Assembly (NCBI GenBank): GCA_030141605.1
Contig: JAQGDQ010000704.1
Location: 1 to 64,000 of the forward strand
Reading direction: 5' to 3'
From: Tubiluchus corallicola
Taxonomy: Eukaryota > Animalia > Priapulida
DNA: 64,000 nt
Shown here piece after piece: positions 40,604 to 51,720 of this stretch. Position numbers and translations under genes: made by a program. Below the pieces are notes generated by a model. That model ran no database searches. It saw only the letters and a list, made by a program, of their open reading frames with translations, and was not told where the DNA came from. The first letter of the stretch is position 1. Each line of letters begins with the position of its first letter.

Positions 40604-41506
40604 CACCTGTAAGACACTTACCTGTAATCATCTAGATTGCCTGTAAAAAAACCTGCACATGTAATCATGTAGATTGGCAGAGCATCTGTAAAAAACCCTC
40701 ACCTGTAATCATCTAGATCGGCTGTGGACTTATAAGGAAACTTACCTGTAATCATCTAGATCACCTGTGGACTAATAAGAAAACTCACCTGTAATCATCT
40801 AGATCACCTGTAGACTTATAAGAAAACTCACCTGTAATCATCTAGATCACCTGTGGACTTATAAGAAAACTCAATTGTAATCATCTAGATCACCTGTGGA
40901 CTTATAAGAAAACTCACCTGTAATCATCTAGATCGGCTGTGGCCTTATAAGAAAACTCACCTGTAATCAACTAGATCAGCTGTGGACTTATAAGAAAACT
41001 CACCTGTAATCATCTAGATCACCTGTGTACTTATAAGAAAACTTACCTGTAATCATCTAGATCACCTGTGGACTTATAATAAGAAAACTCACCTGTAATC
41101 ATTTTGATCACCTGTGGACTTATAATAAGAAAACTCACCTGTAATCATCTAGATCACCTGTGGACTTATAATAAGAAAACTCACCTGTAATCATCTAGAT
41201 CACCTGTGGACTTATAATAAGAAAACTCACCTGTAATCATCTAGATCGGCTGTGGACTTATAAGAAAACTCACCTGTAATCATCTAGATCACCTGTGGAC
41301 TTATAAGAAAACTCACCTGTAATCATCTAGATCACCTGTGGACTAATAAGAAAACTTAATCATCTAGATCACCTGTGGACTTATAAGAAAACTCACCTGT
41401 AATCATCTAGATCACCTGCAAACTTATAATAAGAAAACTCACCTGTAATCATCTAGATCACCTGTGGACTTATAATAAGAAAACTCACCTGTAATCATCT
41501 AGATCA
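40604..41506. repeat. 43/46-bp minisatellite containing exon end and 5' splice site (~20 copies)
   Basis: AGAAAACTCACCTGTAATCATCTAGATCACCTGTGGACTTATA. Confidence 0.95.
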
Positions 41507-41614
41507 TCCGACCCGTCGACGAGCGCATGCTTGTGCTGAAGACGCGGAATGTTGTCCTGATTCCGTTCCTGGCTGAAGAACTCATGTTCCAGACTACACA
41601 CGTACGCACAGCAT
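41489..41614 (-). CDS. ARFGEF3: ARFGEF3/BIG3-like exon
   Basis: cctAG/GTGAGT boundaries. Encodes (R)CCAYVCSLEHEFFSQ...DDLDDY, phase 2 on both sides. Confidence 0.85.
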
Positions 41615-42246
41615 CTAGGAGGTAAGGTATGTGTTAGCATCCAATACAAGGTAATGAATGTGTTACCTGTACACTTATGCAAGTAAACGTTTGGCAACAA
41701 AGGTGAAAATTGTTGGAATATAATTAAATCACAGCGTATGATAAGCTGAATTGTTGTGTTTACATAGCACTCTTTTTCTTGATGACAGGTGAACATGGCT
41801 TCGTAAGGGCAAAATAAACTTTTTCACGTTTTGCTTACAATGTTCGTGATGATCGAAGGGCGCCGTAAAGGGCACGGCTGCTAACCCTTCTAATGTGAAC
41901 TTTAGACTGTCTTTATTTTTGACATAAGCGGGTGAATGGCGTGATTTAATTCGAGCTGTGTTGATTCATTACTGTTTGATAATGCACAAAAGGTTCCGTG
42001 CCTTAGAGAAAACGCAGTTTCCCAGCAGCAGAGAACTGTAATGCGCTCTTACGAAGAAAAATTCGCTTTTCTACAAAACGTGTTGGGGCATGATCGACGA
42101 TTTAGTCGTTCATAGTCGTGCAAGACTAAGATGAAAGACTAAAGCAAATCGCAAAAGACTAGCTGAAATGTTCACTTGCAGTGACGCGACTAGCGCCGAA
42201 AACATTTCGTTTTATTGAGAGATACCTGCTTTGAACACTCTAATTT

Positions 42247-43180
42247 TCTTGAACACACTTCCGTCAATTCCTTGACGCTTTGAGCTTTGCAACGATACTT
42301 CCCCCGGAACCCAGAAACTTTGGTTTCCCGGAAGCTGCCCGCCGAGTCATTGTAGTAACTCCGGCGGATCGCTAGTTGACATCGTTTATGGTCAGAACTA
42401 GGGCGGTATCTGATCACCTTCGAACCTCTGACTTTCGTTCTTGATTAATGAAAACATTCTTGGCAAATGCTTTCGCTGTTGTTCGTCTTGCTACGATCCA
42501 AGAATTTCACCTCTAACACAGCAATACGAATGCCCCCGTCTGTCCCTTTTAATCATTACCTCATGTTCCGAAAACCAACAAAATAGAACCGAGGTCCTAT
42601 TCCATTATTCCATGCACCATTATTCAGGCGAACAGCCTGCTTTGAACACTCTAATTTTTTCAAAGTAAACGTTCCGGCAACCCGAGTCACTCATTTAAGA
42701 GCAACAAGAATCAACCGGGAGGTAGGCCAGGACAGGCAGTAACCACCGCGAGGTGGACCGCCAGCCTGTGCCCCAGATCCAACTACGAGCTTTTTAACTG
42801 CAACAACTTTAATATACGCTATTGGAGCTGGAATTACCGCGGCTGCTGGCACCAGACTTGCCCTCCAATTGTTCCTCGTTAAGGTATTTACATTGTACTC
42901 ATTCCAATTACGGGGCCTCAAATGAGTCCCGTATTGTTATTTATCGTCACTACCTCCCCGTGTCGGAAGTGGGTAATTTGCGCGCCTGCTGCCTTCCTTG
43001 GATGTGGTAGCCGTTTCTCAGGCTCCCTCTCCGGAATCGAACCCTTATTCCCCGTTACCCGTTGAAACCATGGTAGGCCACTATCCTACCATCGAAAGTT
43101 GATAGGGCAGAAATTTGAAAGATACGTCGCAGGTGCGAGACCTTGCGATCAGCCCAAGGTTATCCAGAGTCACCAAAACG
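42247..43180 (-). pseudogene. Internal 18S rRNA fragment (~0.93 kb, roughly V2 to V5)
   Basis: Reverse complements of conserved SSU motifs: TTACCGCGGCTGCTGGCAC, GCTGCCTTCCTTGGATGTGGTAGCCGTTTCTCAGGCTCC, CCGTCAATTCC, GATCCAACTACGAGCTTTTTAAC. Truncated at both ends. Confidence 0.95.
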
Positions 43181-43234
43181 CCACGCCGAAGCATATTTTA
43201 TGGAGAATATTATCCAGGTGAATTAAAAGTGATT

Positions 43235-44212
43235 ATGATTGAGAACATCACACTAAACGTTTCAGAAGCTGACGAGCTGCTCGTTAACGTGACTAAACAC
43301 GAATGTGACATTTTTGACCAAGAGATTAATGCCAGTGACAAGATTCTTTACGTTCTGCTGTTATCGGTCGGCTTCTGCATTTGCATCGTTAATCTGCTAG
43401 TGATATTCATCATTTACAAATCGACGTCGTTACACAGCGTTCCGTACTATTTCCTGGCCAACTTGGCCATTGTGGATTGCATCGTGGGGTGGGCCACGTT
43501 CGTCAACGCGATAACGTACTTTGGCAAGCTCCCCCTGTCGTGCAACGTCATCTGGTGCGCGTTCAAAGAAAATGCCATTCTGGCATCGATGATGCTCTCC
43601 GGGTTCTTTTACGGAGCAGTGGTTGCCGAGAGGTACCTCAAAATAGTATGGCCGTTCTTTGCCGAAAAGCATGCCACCAACAGGAACTTTTTACTGGTTG
43701 TGACCTACATCTGGATCTCGGCAATGCTCGCTGCCGCTGCGGGAATAATCTTCTACATTCAAGAAGGAGAATTCGGGGAATATTGTAAACACCTGTTCGG
43801 GAGGGCGTTCCGTTTCTGGTCTGTCATTTACCTAGTGTGCGTGCCGATGGTGGGCCTTTCTAGCCTCTACTTCTACTTTAAGATAGCACGGGTTGCACTG
43901 AGACACATGCGTGCCATCGAGGATGTCAGCATGACAAGAACTCACGAAGATTCCACTGTACAGAAAATCAAACTTGTGAAAACGTTGTTCTTGGCACTCG
44001 CCGTATGCCTGACGTGTTGGACGCCACTGTATTTGATTCACGTGTGGTTGTTTTTATGTCGCCTAGAGGTCGCCGAGTGTCGCGTAACGATCATGCAGTA
44101 CGAGTGGTGCCTCCTGCCAGCCATCTGTAATTCAATGATGAATGCAATCATCTACACGATAAAACTGAAGGAGTTTCGCGAAGCAGCAGGAAAAGTTTTG
44201 AAACTTTCTTAA
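43235..44212 (+). CDS. Intronless class A (rhodopsin-like) GPCR, 325 aa, nested antisense in a BIG3 intron; ligand unknown
   Basis: Seven hydrophobic segments and N-terminal NxT/S sequons. Motifs: TM1 N (VNLLV), TM2 NLAIVD, TM3 ERY, TM4 W, TM6 CWTP, TM7 NSMMNAIIY, helix 8 EFREA. First ATG at 43235. Confidence 0.92.
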   Translation: MIENITLNVSEADELLVNVTKHECDIFDQEINASDKILYVLLLSVGFCICIVNLLVIFIIYKSTSLHSVPYYFLANLAIVDCIVGWATFVNAITYFGKLPLSCNVIWCAFKENAILASMMLSGFFYGAVVAERYLKIVWPFFAEKHATNRNFLLVVTYIWISAMLAAAAGIIFYIQEGEFGEYCKHLFGRAFRFWSVIYLVCVPMVGLSSLYFYFKIARVALRHMRAIEDVSMTRTHEDSTVQKIKLVKTLFLALAVCLTCWTPLYLIHVWLFLCRLEVAECRVTIMQYEWCLLPAICNSMMNAIIYTIKLKEFREAAGKVLKLS

Positions 44213-44694
44213 GCACTGTACTGTAAAAGAAAACCGGACCAAGTCTTCAACTATGGCCTAATCTACCATACAAGATATTTAAAGGGAGCATACTATTTTG
44301 TCAAGAACGACTTGCCATGACGAATTATTACCACAGAATGGCTTGCATGGCTAGTTTTTGGCTGTTATGTGTGCATGGTTATTTGCCAGTTAGATGGGCA
44401 CTATTGCTTGCATGTTGAAAAATAGTTGTTGTACCTTTCAGTTCAGAGGCGTTCAGTTGTGATGTATTGTACACGTTCAAGAGCTCATGCATGAGCACAG
44501 CAGTAAACTTGAAATTTGAATTTTAAATTTACAATTTGCCGAGTTTTTGTATATGACACTGACTGTTGTATAGCAGCAACATAATTCACAAACACGTGGA
44601 ACGCGCTCGTGGAATATTTGCACCGGTGAAAAGTATGTTCAGTTGTGATGTCATTACCAGTTAAAATGTATTATTTTTACTGTTTGTCAGAATG

Positions 44695-46313
44695 GGATAT
44701 GGTATGAACAATCATCTCATTTTCCTTCAGGGACTGCTTAGTGTAGTAGAACAAGCGGTAAGCATTATTAACTCCTTCAGGATACGGTATGAACAATCAT
44801 CTCATTTTCCTTCAGGGACTGCTTAGTGTAGTAGAACAAGCGGTAAGCATTATTAACTCCTTCGGGATACGGTATGAACAATCATCTCGTTTTTCTTCAG
44901 GGACTGCTTAGTGTAGTAGAACAAGCGGTAAGCATTATTAACTCCTTCAGGATACGGTATGAACAATCATCTCATTTTCCTTTAGGGACTGCTTAGTGTA
45001 GTAGAACAAGCGGTAAGCATTATTAACTTCTTCAGGATACGATACGAACAATCATCTCGTTTTCCCTAAGGGGCTGCTTAGTGTAGTAGAACAAGCGGTA
45101 AGCATTATTAACTCCTTCGGGATACGGTATGAACAGTCATCTCGTTTTCCTTTAGGGACTGCTGAGCATAGTAGAGCAAGCGGTAAGCATTATTAACTCC
45201 CTCAGGATATGGTATGAACAGTCATCTCGTTTTCCTTTAGGGACTGCTTAGTGTAGTAGAACAAGCGTTAAGCATTATTAACTCCCTCAGGATACGGTAT
45301 GAACAGTCATCTCGTTTTCCTTTAGGGACTGCTTAGTGTAGTAGAACAAGCGTTAAGCATTATTAACTCCCTCAGGATACGGTATGAACAATCATCTCAT
45401 TTTCCTTCAGGGACTGCTTAGTGTAGTAGAACAAGCGGTAAGCATTATTAACTCCTTCGGGATACGGTATGAACAATCATCTCGTTTTCCTTCAGGGACT
45501 GCTTAGTGTAGTAGAACAAGCGGTAAGCATTACTAACTCCTTCAGGATACGGTATGAACAATCATCTCATTTTCCTTTAGGGACTGCTTAGTGTAGTAGA
45601 ACAAGCGGTAAGCATTATTAACTTCTTCAGGATACGGTACGAACAATCATCTCGTTTTCCCTAAGGGACTGCTTAGTGTAGTAGAACAAGCGGTAAGCAT
45701 TATTAACTCCTTCGGGATACGGTATGAACAGTCATCTCGTTTTCCTTTAGGGACTGCTGAGCATAGTAGAGCAAGCGGTAAGCATTATTAACTCCCTCAG
45801 GATACGGTATGAACAGTCATCTCGTTTTCCTTTAGGGACTGCTTAGTGTAGTAGAACAAGCGTTAAGCATTATTAACTCCCTCAGGATACGGTATGAACA
45901 GTCATCTCGTTTTCCTTTAGGGACTGCTTAGTGTAGTAGAACAAGCGTTAAGCATTATTAACTCCCTCAGGATACGGTATGAACAATCATCTCGTTTACC
46001 TTTAGGGACTGCTTAGTGTAGTAGAACAAGCGGTAAGCATTATTAACTCCTTCAGGATACGGTATGAACAAACATCTCGTTTTCCTTTAGGGACTGCTTA
46101 GCATAGTAGAACAAGCGGTAAGCATTATTAACTCCCTCAGGATACGGTATGAACAATCATCTCGTTTTCCTTTAGGGACTGCTTAGCATAGTAGAACAAG
46201 CGGTAAGCATTATTAACTCCTTCAGGATACAGTATGAACAATCATCTCGTTTTCCTTTAGGGACTGCTTAGTGTAGTAGAACAAGCGGTAAGCATTATTA
46301 ACTCCCTCAGGAT
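44695..46313. repeat. Tandem repeat, 85-bp unit (19 copies)
   Basis: GGATACGGTATGAACAATCATCTC... at 44780, 44865 and onward; mirrored at 63433-64000. Confidence 0.95.
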
Positions 46314-46701
46314 TGTAAGCATTTACTGCATTTTGCACGGATTTAAACTGCTCTCACTAAGCATAGATTATGTCATAATTGATAATTTTTGCAGGCTTCT
46401 ACTCCTCACACAATGGATTTTCATGCAACATTTTATATGGAAAGCATTTGCTTACCTTAGACTAAATAAAAATCACACACAATTTTTGACACACAATTGA
46501 AAAAAAGCTTTCAGTAACTGCAGTGTTTGTACTGTAACAATGTACAGTAGCACTTGTGTGAAACTGACAGATACAAAAAATTCCAATAATCCAGACGCAA
46601 TGCTCTGATACACTTTGGTCTGAAGTCTACTACTATTTATAAGCAGAAATTCTTGTTAAAAGATGAAACGACCTTAATTTCTTTTTGGCCGATCAGTTGG
46701 C

Positions 46702-47270
46702 TTTTTCTGGAACTCTGTACAGCCGACAGTTCTCTTGGGCTGTAGCAAGCAAGCGGTCAATGAATTACTGTGCACGATCATACAAGTGTACACTAGACTA
46801 AGCTACTCAATAGGCTGAGCTGGAGTGCCTGAAGAGGGCGCATTTTTCTGGAACTCTGTACAGCCGACAGTTCTCTTGGGCTGTAGCAAGCAAGCGGTCA
46901 ATGAATTACTGTGCACGATCATACAAGTGTACACTAGACTAAGCTACTCAATAGGCTGAGCTGGAGTGCCTGAAGAGGGCGCATTTTTCTGGAACTCTGT
47001 ACAGCCGACAGTTCTCTTGGGCTGTAGCAAGCAAGCGGTCAATGAATTACTGTGCACGATCATACAAGTGTACACTAGACTAAGCTACTCAATAGGCTGA
47101 GTTAGGGTGCCTGAAGAGGGTGCATTTTTCTGGAACTCTCTACAGCCAACAGTTCTCTTGGGCTGTAGCAAGCAAGCGATCAATGAATTACTGTGCACGA
47201 TCATACAAGTGTACACTAGACTAAGCTACTCAATAGACTGAGTTGGGGTGCCTGAAGAGGCGCATTTTTC
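46702..47270. repeat. Tandem repeat, 141-bp unit (4 copies)
   Basis: TTTTTCTGGAACTCTGTACAGCC at 46702, 46843, 46984 and 47125; mirrored at 62476-63045. Confidence 0.95.
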
Positions 47271-47449
47271 TTAATTTCATCCTATTAAATCTCTGTGTAA
47301 ATGTTTAAACAAATGTAGGATGATTGGATAACAGAGATTCTCCTGAACAGAACAGTACCGAATTTGTAATCATTTAATTATGTCTGTGCTCATACAGTAT
47401 CATAAGTCTTATAATGGTCTTTTCAGATTAGACTCTCAAGTTCTTCCTG

Positions 47450-47968
47450 CAGGGATGAGAATGACAAATTGCAAAAAACTCTAAAACAGGCCGAGGGTTT
47501 TGGGGCCACCTAGGCCCCCAATGGGGTTCAAGGGAAGCCCACTTGCAGCCAGCAACAAATTGCAATTTTGTGACAATAGAGAGCCTCTAGGTGGACTTAA
47601 AATATCAGTTACATTGTTTCATACATAATTTAAAATACCCAACTATCAAGGATACATGATACCTAATTGTGTAAAAAACGCCTTAAGTACTGGCCGCTCC
47701 TATGCAAAAGTATATAAAAACTGTCTGCAATTGACTCATAACTCCGCACAATTGATTCTATATTTTTATACATAGAGATAAACACGTGGTTACACTGATG
47801 TACATGATGTAAACAAAGTGACGGCCTGCCAACTAGCGGTCAGCTTGTGAAATAATGTACTGGGTCCGTAAAAATTTTCTCAACGAATTTACGCGATTTA
47901 CAAAAATGGCACTACTGGTCTGCCAAAGACTTGGAATTCCGCGTATCCACGGAAAATTCTCATCCCTG
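47450..47968 (+). mobile_element. hAT-like MITE family C
   Basis: CAGGGATGAGAAT...ATTCTCATCCCTG. Confidence 0.75.
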
Positions 47969-48638
47969 CTCCTGATGACTCCAAAAACCTGTATTTGTAT
48001 TTGTTTTTTGTCTTGCTTACTCCTGTCATAACATATTCCTTGCAAAATATTATAACTATACGTATACAAAATTTCTCTCCATTAATACAAACTGCTTTAT
48101 GATTATAATTACAATCCTACAAAAATGAGAATATAATCACCTCTCAAAAAACTAAAACTATAATATGTAAATCTACTCCCATGACCTTCTTTCTCCGAAC
48201 TGTTTTTTAGTGCTATCCTGTTCTTACTGACCTACCTGACTTTTCCTTTTTCACATTTATTACATAATTCTTTTCTCTCTAGTACAAACTACATACACTA
48301 ACAAATGCCACGTGCCACTTGCTGGTCGGCCGCTGCTTAGCGATATACTTCAGAGCAACCTAAAGACATGTGCTCGCACTTAGCATAACCGCTTTGGTTA
48401 TTGCATTTCAAGGACCAATTTTTACATTCGTTTTCATAAACAAAAAACGAAAAGTTTAGGTGTATATGTGGTAAAGCGTTAGGAAATGCAACTTGAAATA
48501 TGACCAGAAGAGAAAGCACTGAAAGTTATATCAAACTCTGTGTTTGGAAGGCACACTACACGAAAACCGTTCATTCGCAACATCAGCAAAACCATTACAT
48601 ACATCAAAAGCAAAACGAAATACATTTTTGTTCATAAT

Positions 48639-49148
48639 CAGGCTGCATAAGATTATGGATATCCATAAAATAAGACCAAAAATCCATAAAATAAAATTTG
48701 AAAAATCCATAAAATAAGAAATGCATAAAATAAAAATTTTTTTTTTTTGTGATTTTTTTGTACAAAATAAGGCAATCAAAACTGAATACAGGCATTGGAT
48801 CGGAAACTTCAGCCTAGAAGGCATTCTACATTCGTACCAAATAGATGAATTATTTGAACTGAAGTGATGAACTACAAGGCATTGTCTCGTAAAATTTGAT
48901 TAAATTTGAAGTGATATGAAACCGATAAAATTAAAACGAAACCGATTAAATTAAAACTAAGTCCTGCGTGTTTAAAAACACGTTTCAAGCACTCCTGTTT
49001 TTACTTTTTAATTGATTTCCCCCTGGGCATCTCGTTCCAGATATAGTCTATTTCTTATTTTATTGATATCCATAAAATAAAATTTCAAAAATCCATAAAA
49101 CAAGCTATTTTATTTATTTTATACATATCCATAATCTTATGCACCCTG
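48639..49148. mobile_element. hAT-like MITE with empty site visible in the mirrored copy
   Basis: TIR CAGG(C/G)TGCATAAGATTATGGATAT; perfect TSD TTCATAAT; a single TSD copy at ~61623-61630. Confidence 0.9.
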
Positions 49149-50515
49149 TTCATAATTCAATCATTTCTGTTGCATTTATTTCCATTGTTTCAGACAAATC
49201 TCATTAGGTGCACCAAAAACGTAAAATTCACAAGGCAAAATGGGTTCAAAACCAATTTCACTACTTTTTGTAGTTCTTAATTTACACATTTAATTAAGAC
49301 CATGTTTGTGTACGGTCCGGCTTTTATGATGCCAGAGTTCTGGACAAGACGATGTCCAGAGTTCTGGACAAGATGATGAACACGACAACTGTATCCAAGA
49401 TGAGTCACTTTTTAAACAAACCAAGGTAAAATGAGGCTAACAGCCACTCGAGATAATAGGCTACAGTCAGGGACGCCGGAGCCACAGAGGCAGAAGGGCA
49501 GCGGCACCCTTGCCCTTTCCCAAGGGGGGCTGTCGCTTATTGTACCAAGTACGCGATTGTGGTATTATATGAACCATTTAATTGTCAGTCTACTACACTA
49601 AAGTACTGATTTAGTCTATGCTGCCATCTACAGTCGTTGTTTTACTCTAATTGCACAAAGTTTGTCAGAGATTGATTTTTGTTTCTAAATATTGTTTCCT
49701 TTTGCTTTTAGAGATAGTCATTAATCAGAGTAATTAGATTGTTAATTTCATGCTTTAATTCTGGTCCTAACTCTCTTATTCAAGTTTAAATAGAGAAAAA
49801 TTATAACATTATAACACAGCTTTCTGTAAACCAATAATCTTTATTCTGCTATCAAGAAGCCAAGCAGACTTTGATTTTGGTTTGATTAGTAGCCTGTAGA
49901 GTATAGGTGACCTTTCCTTTTATGGTCTGTATGCATGAATTTAATGTACCTTCTAATAGGAACTTGTATGTCTGGTCATGTGATTACAGCTTTATTCTCT
50001 CAGGCATGCAAGTTTCAGTTGATCTAGAGACAGCATTGAGAAAGGATGAAAATTTTCTACTGTTAAATATCATATTGCTAACTTTATGACTGTTTGTTCA
50101 ATTTTATGGTCTGTGAACATTCTGTACGTTTTACAATAAAATGATTGCAAATTTCTACAGGGGCAGTGCGAGAGAAAAATTTTGCCTTTTTGATGGCATA
50201 TGTGAGAGCCAGAAGGCATATGAGGTGCCTTAGTCATACCCTTATATATAACTCATATCATCATAGTGCGGCGACAGAAATATGGATAAACAAAATGTGA
50301 CATTTTCATAAATGCTGCCCTCACCACTGTAATTCGCTACCCGGCGCCTCAGGCTACAATGGAGTACTGAACGAATGAGACAATGACCAAAGAGAGTTCA
50401 AGCATCTAATATGCTGTCGACGTCCTCCTACAACTGAGTGAGATTTAAGTACTCAGAGAAATAGTCTCCTCGTAGAGAATTCCATAGAGAAGAGAAACTG
50501 GATTTGTAAGTACAG

Positions 50516-50996
50516 TTGTTGTTGGCATCCTTCTGTCTCGGAAGACAATGGAGTGTGCGTCAAGAGTGTCAGTTATTGATCACATTGATGGAGCTGCAGC
50601 GTCGACTGTGGCTGAGCAGTCCGATCCTTAAACCAGGGCGTCTCCAGGGCGCACGCCTGGGCAAGGTGTACAGAGATCCTGAGTTGCCCAGACAACAGGA
50701 ACCCCTCTCTTCCTCCCTGGTGTAGTCCAAAGGAAAGCGGAGCAATACGTTTGGCACCAGGTTGGCTGCAGGAGCTGCCGGAGTCAGTGAGCATGCTGCA
50801 CTGGCCCACCTTCGGGGCTCGACTCCTGATTTGGAAGGTTTACTCCTCTACACATGGCCGTTGGTCACTTGACCTCCTCCGCCCTCTAGCCATTGGCTGC
50901 CTTGTGCAGCTCCTCCGCCTAGTGTCGATACAGTGTGGCCATCCCGCAAGCCTACAGCACCTGGTATTCCTAGGTGGTCACCCATCCGTAGTGTAT
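50516..50996 (-). mobile_element. 5S rRNA-headed SINE (SINE3-like) with bipartite RTE-like body and (AAC)n tail
   Basis: 50948-50987 is the reverse complement of the 5S rRNA 3' end. Body resembles an RTE 5' UTR and the 3' end reads GAGACAGAAGGATGCCAACAACAAC. Flanked by direct repeat TAAGTACAG at 50507-15 and 50997-51005. Confidence 0.78.
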
Positions 50997-51002
50997 TAAG
51001 TA

Positions 51003-51720
51003 CAGTAAGTCTGCGCTTAACGACGCTAATGCTTTCCAGCAAAACGCGACGTTAAGAGAAACCAAATTTTCATAGAAAGTAACCTAAAAGAATTGAGATA
51101 CGTTTGACAGGCAAAAACCAATGCTGCTTGAATCACATAAATTAAACATTTTATGAGTTTCTTTATGAGTTATACTGATTAATTTCGTTCTTCTTGCTTG
51201 AAACCATCTTTCTTTCTTGCCAATACGTACCTAGTTAGCAGTTTCTCTTTCATTATGGTGTGAGACTAGGCAGCCATTAAACAATAAACACTGTAGAGTC
51301 AAAGTCAAGCGCTGCAACCTTGGAAATTTTATCATACCAGAGCACTGCATCATTTACTACCTAGTCTGGTTGCTATAGGAACAGGTTGCAGGTAGAATTA
51401 CTTCCCGCAAAGTTTGTTCACAGGTCTCGCTTGATAGAAATGGCAGTTAACATAGTAGTCAGTCGGGAAGCAAAAACGAATATAATAATTGCACTGTTTA
51501 CATTACTAATGCCATTTTAAAGCAGAATAAAACAATATGTACCGTTTTAATGCTTGAAATTAAATAAAAAATTATTGATAAAATGAAAATTGGCTTTGAG
51601 CAAAGAAAAAAATTGTCGTTAAAATGAAACGTGCGCCGTTAAGTAAAAAAGGTGTCAAATGCTCAGCGTCGCAAAAACGAAACGTCGCTAAATGGGGAGT
51701 CATTAAGCGAGGAAGTACTG
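51003..51720. mobile_element. Tc1/mariner-type MITE
   Basis: TA|CAGTAAGTCTGCGCTTAACGAC...GTCATTAAGCGAGGAAGTACTG|TA. Confidence 0.72.

Noticed and set aside
42247-43180. Functional 18S rRNA gene
   Set aside because: Only about half of the molecule, truncated at both ends, with no ITS/5.8S/28S and a degraded left edge.
43115-43234. 40-aa N-terminal extension of the GPCR in the ORF track
   Set aside because: It starts at TTG inside antisense 18S; the first ATG at 43235 gives a normal glycosylated N-terminus.
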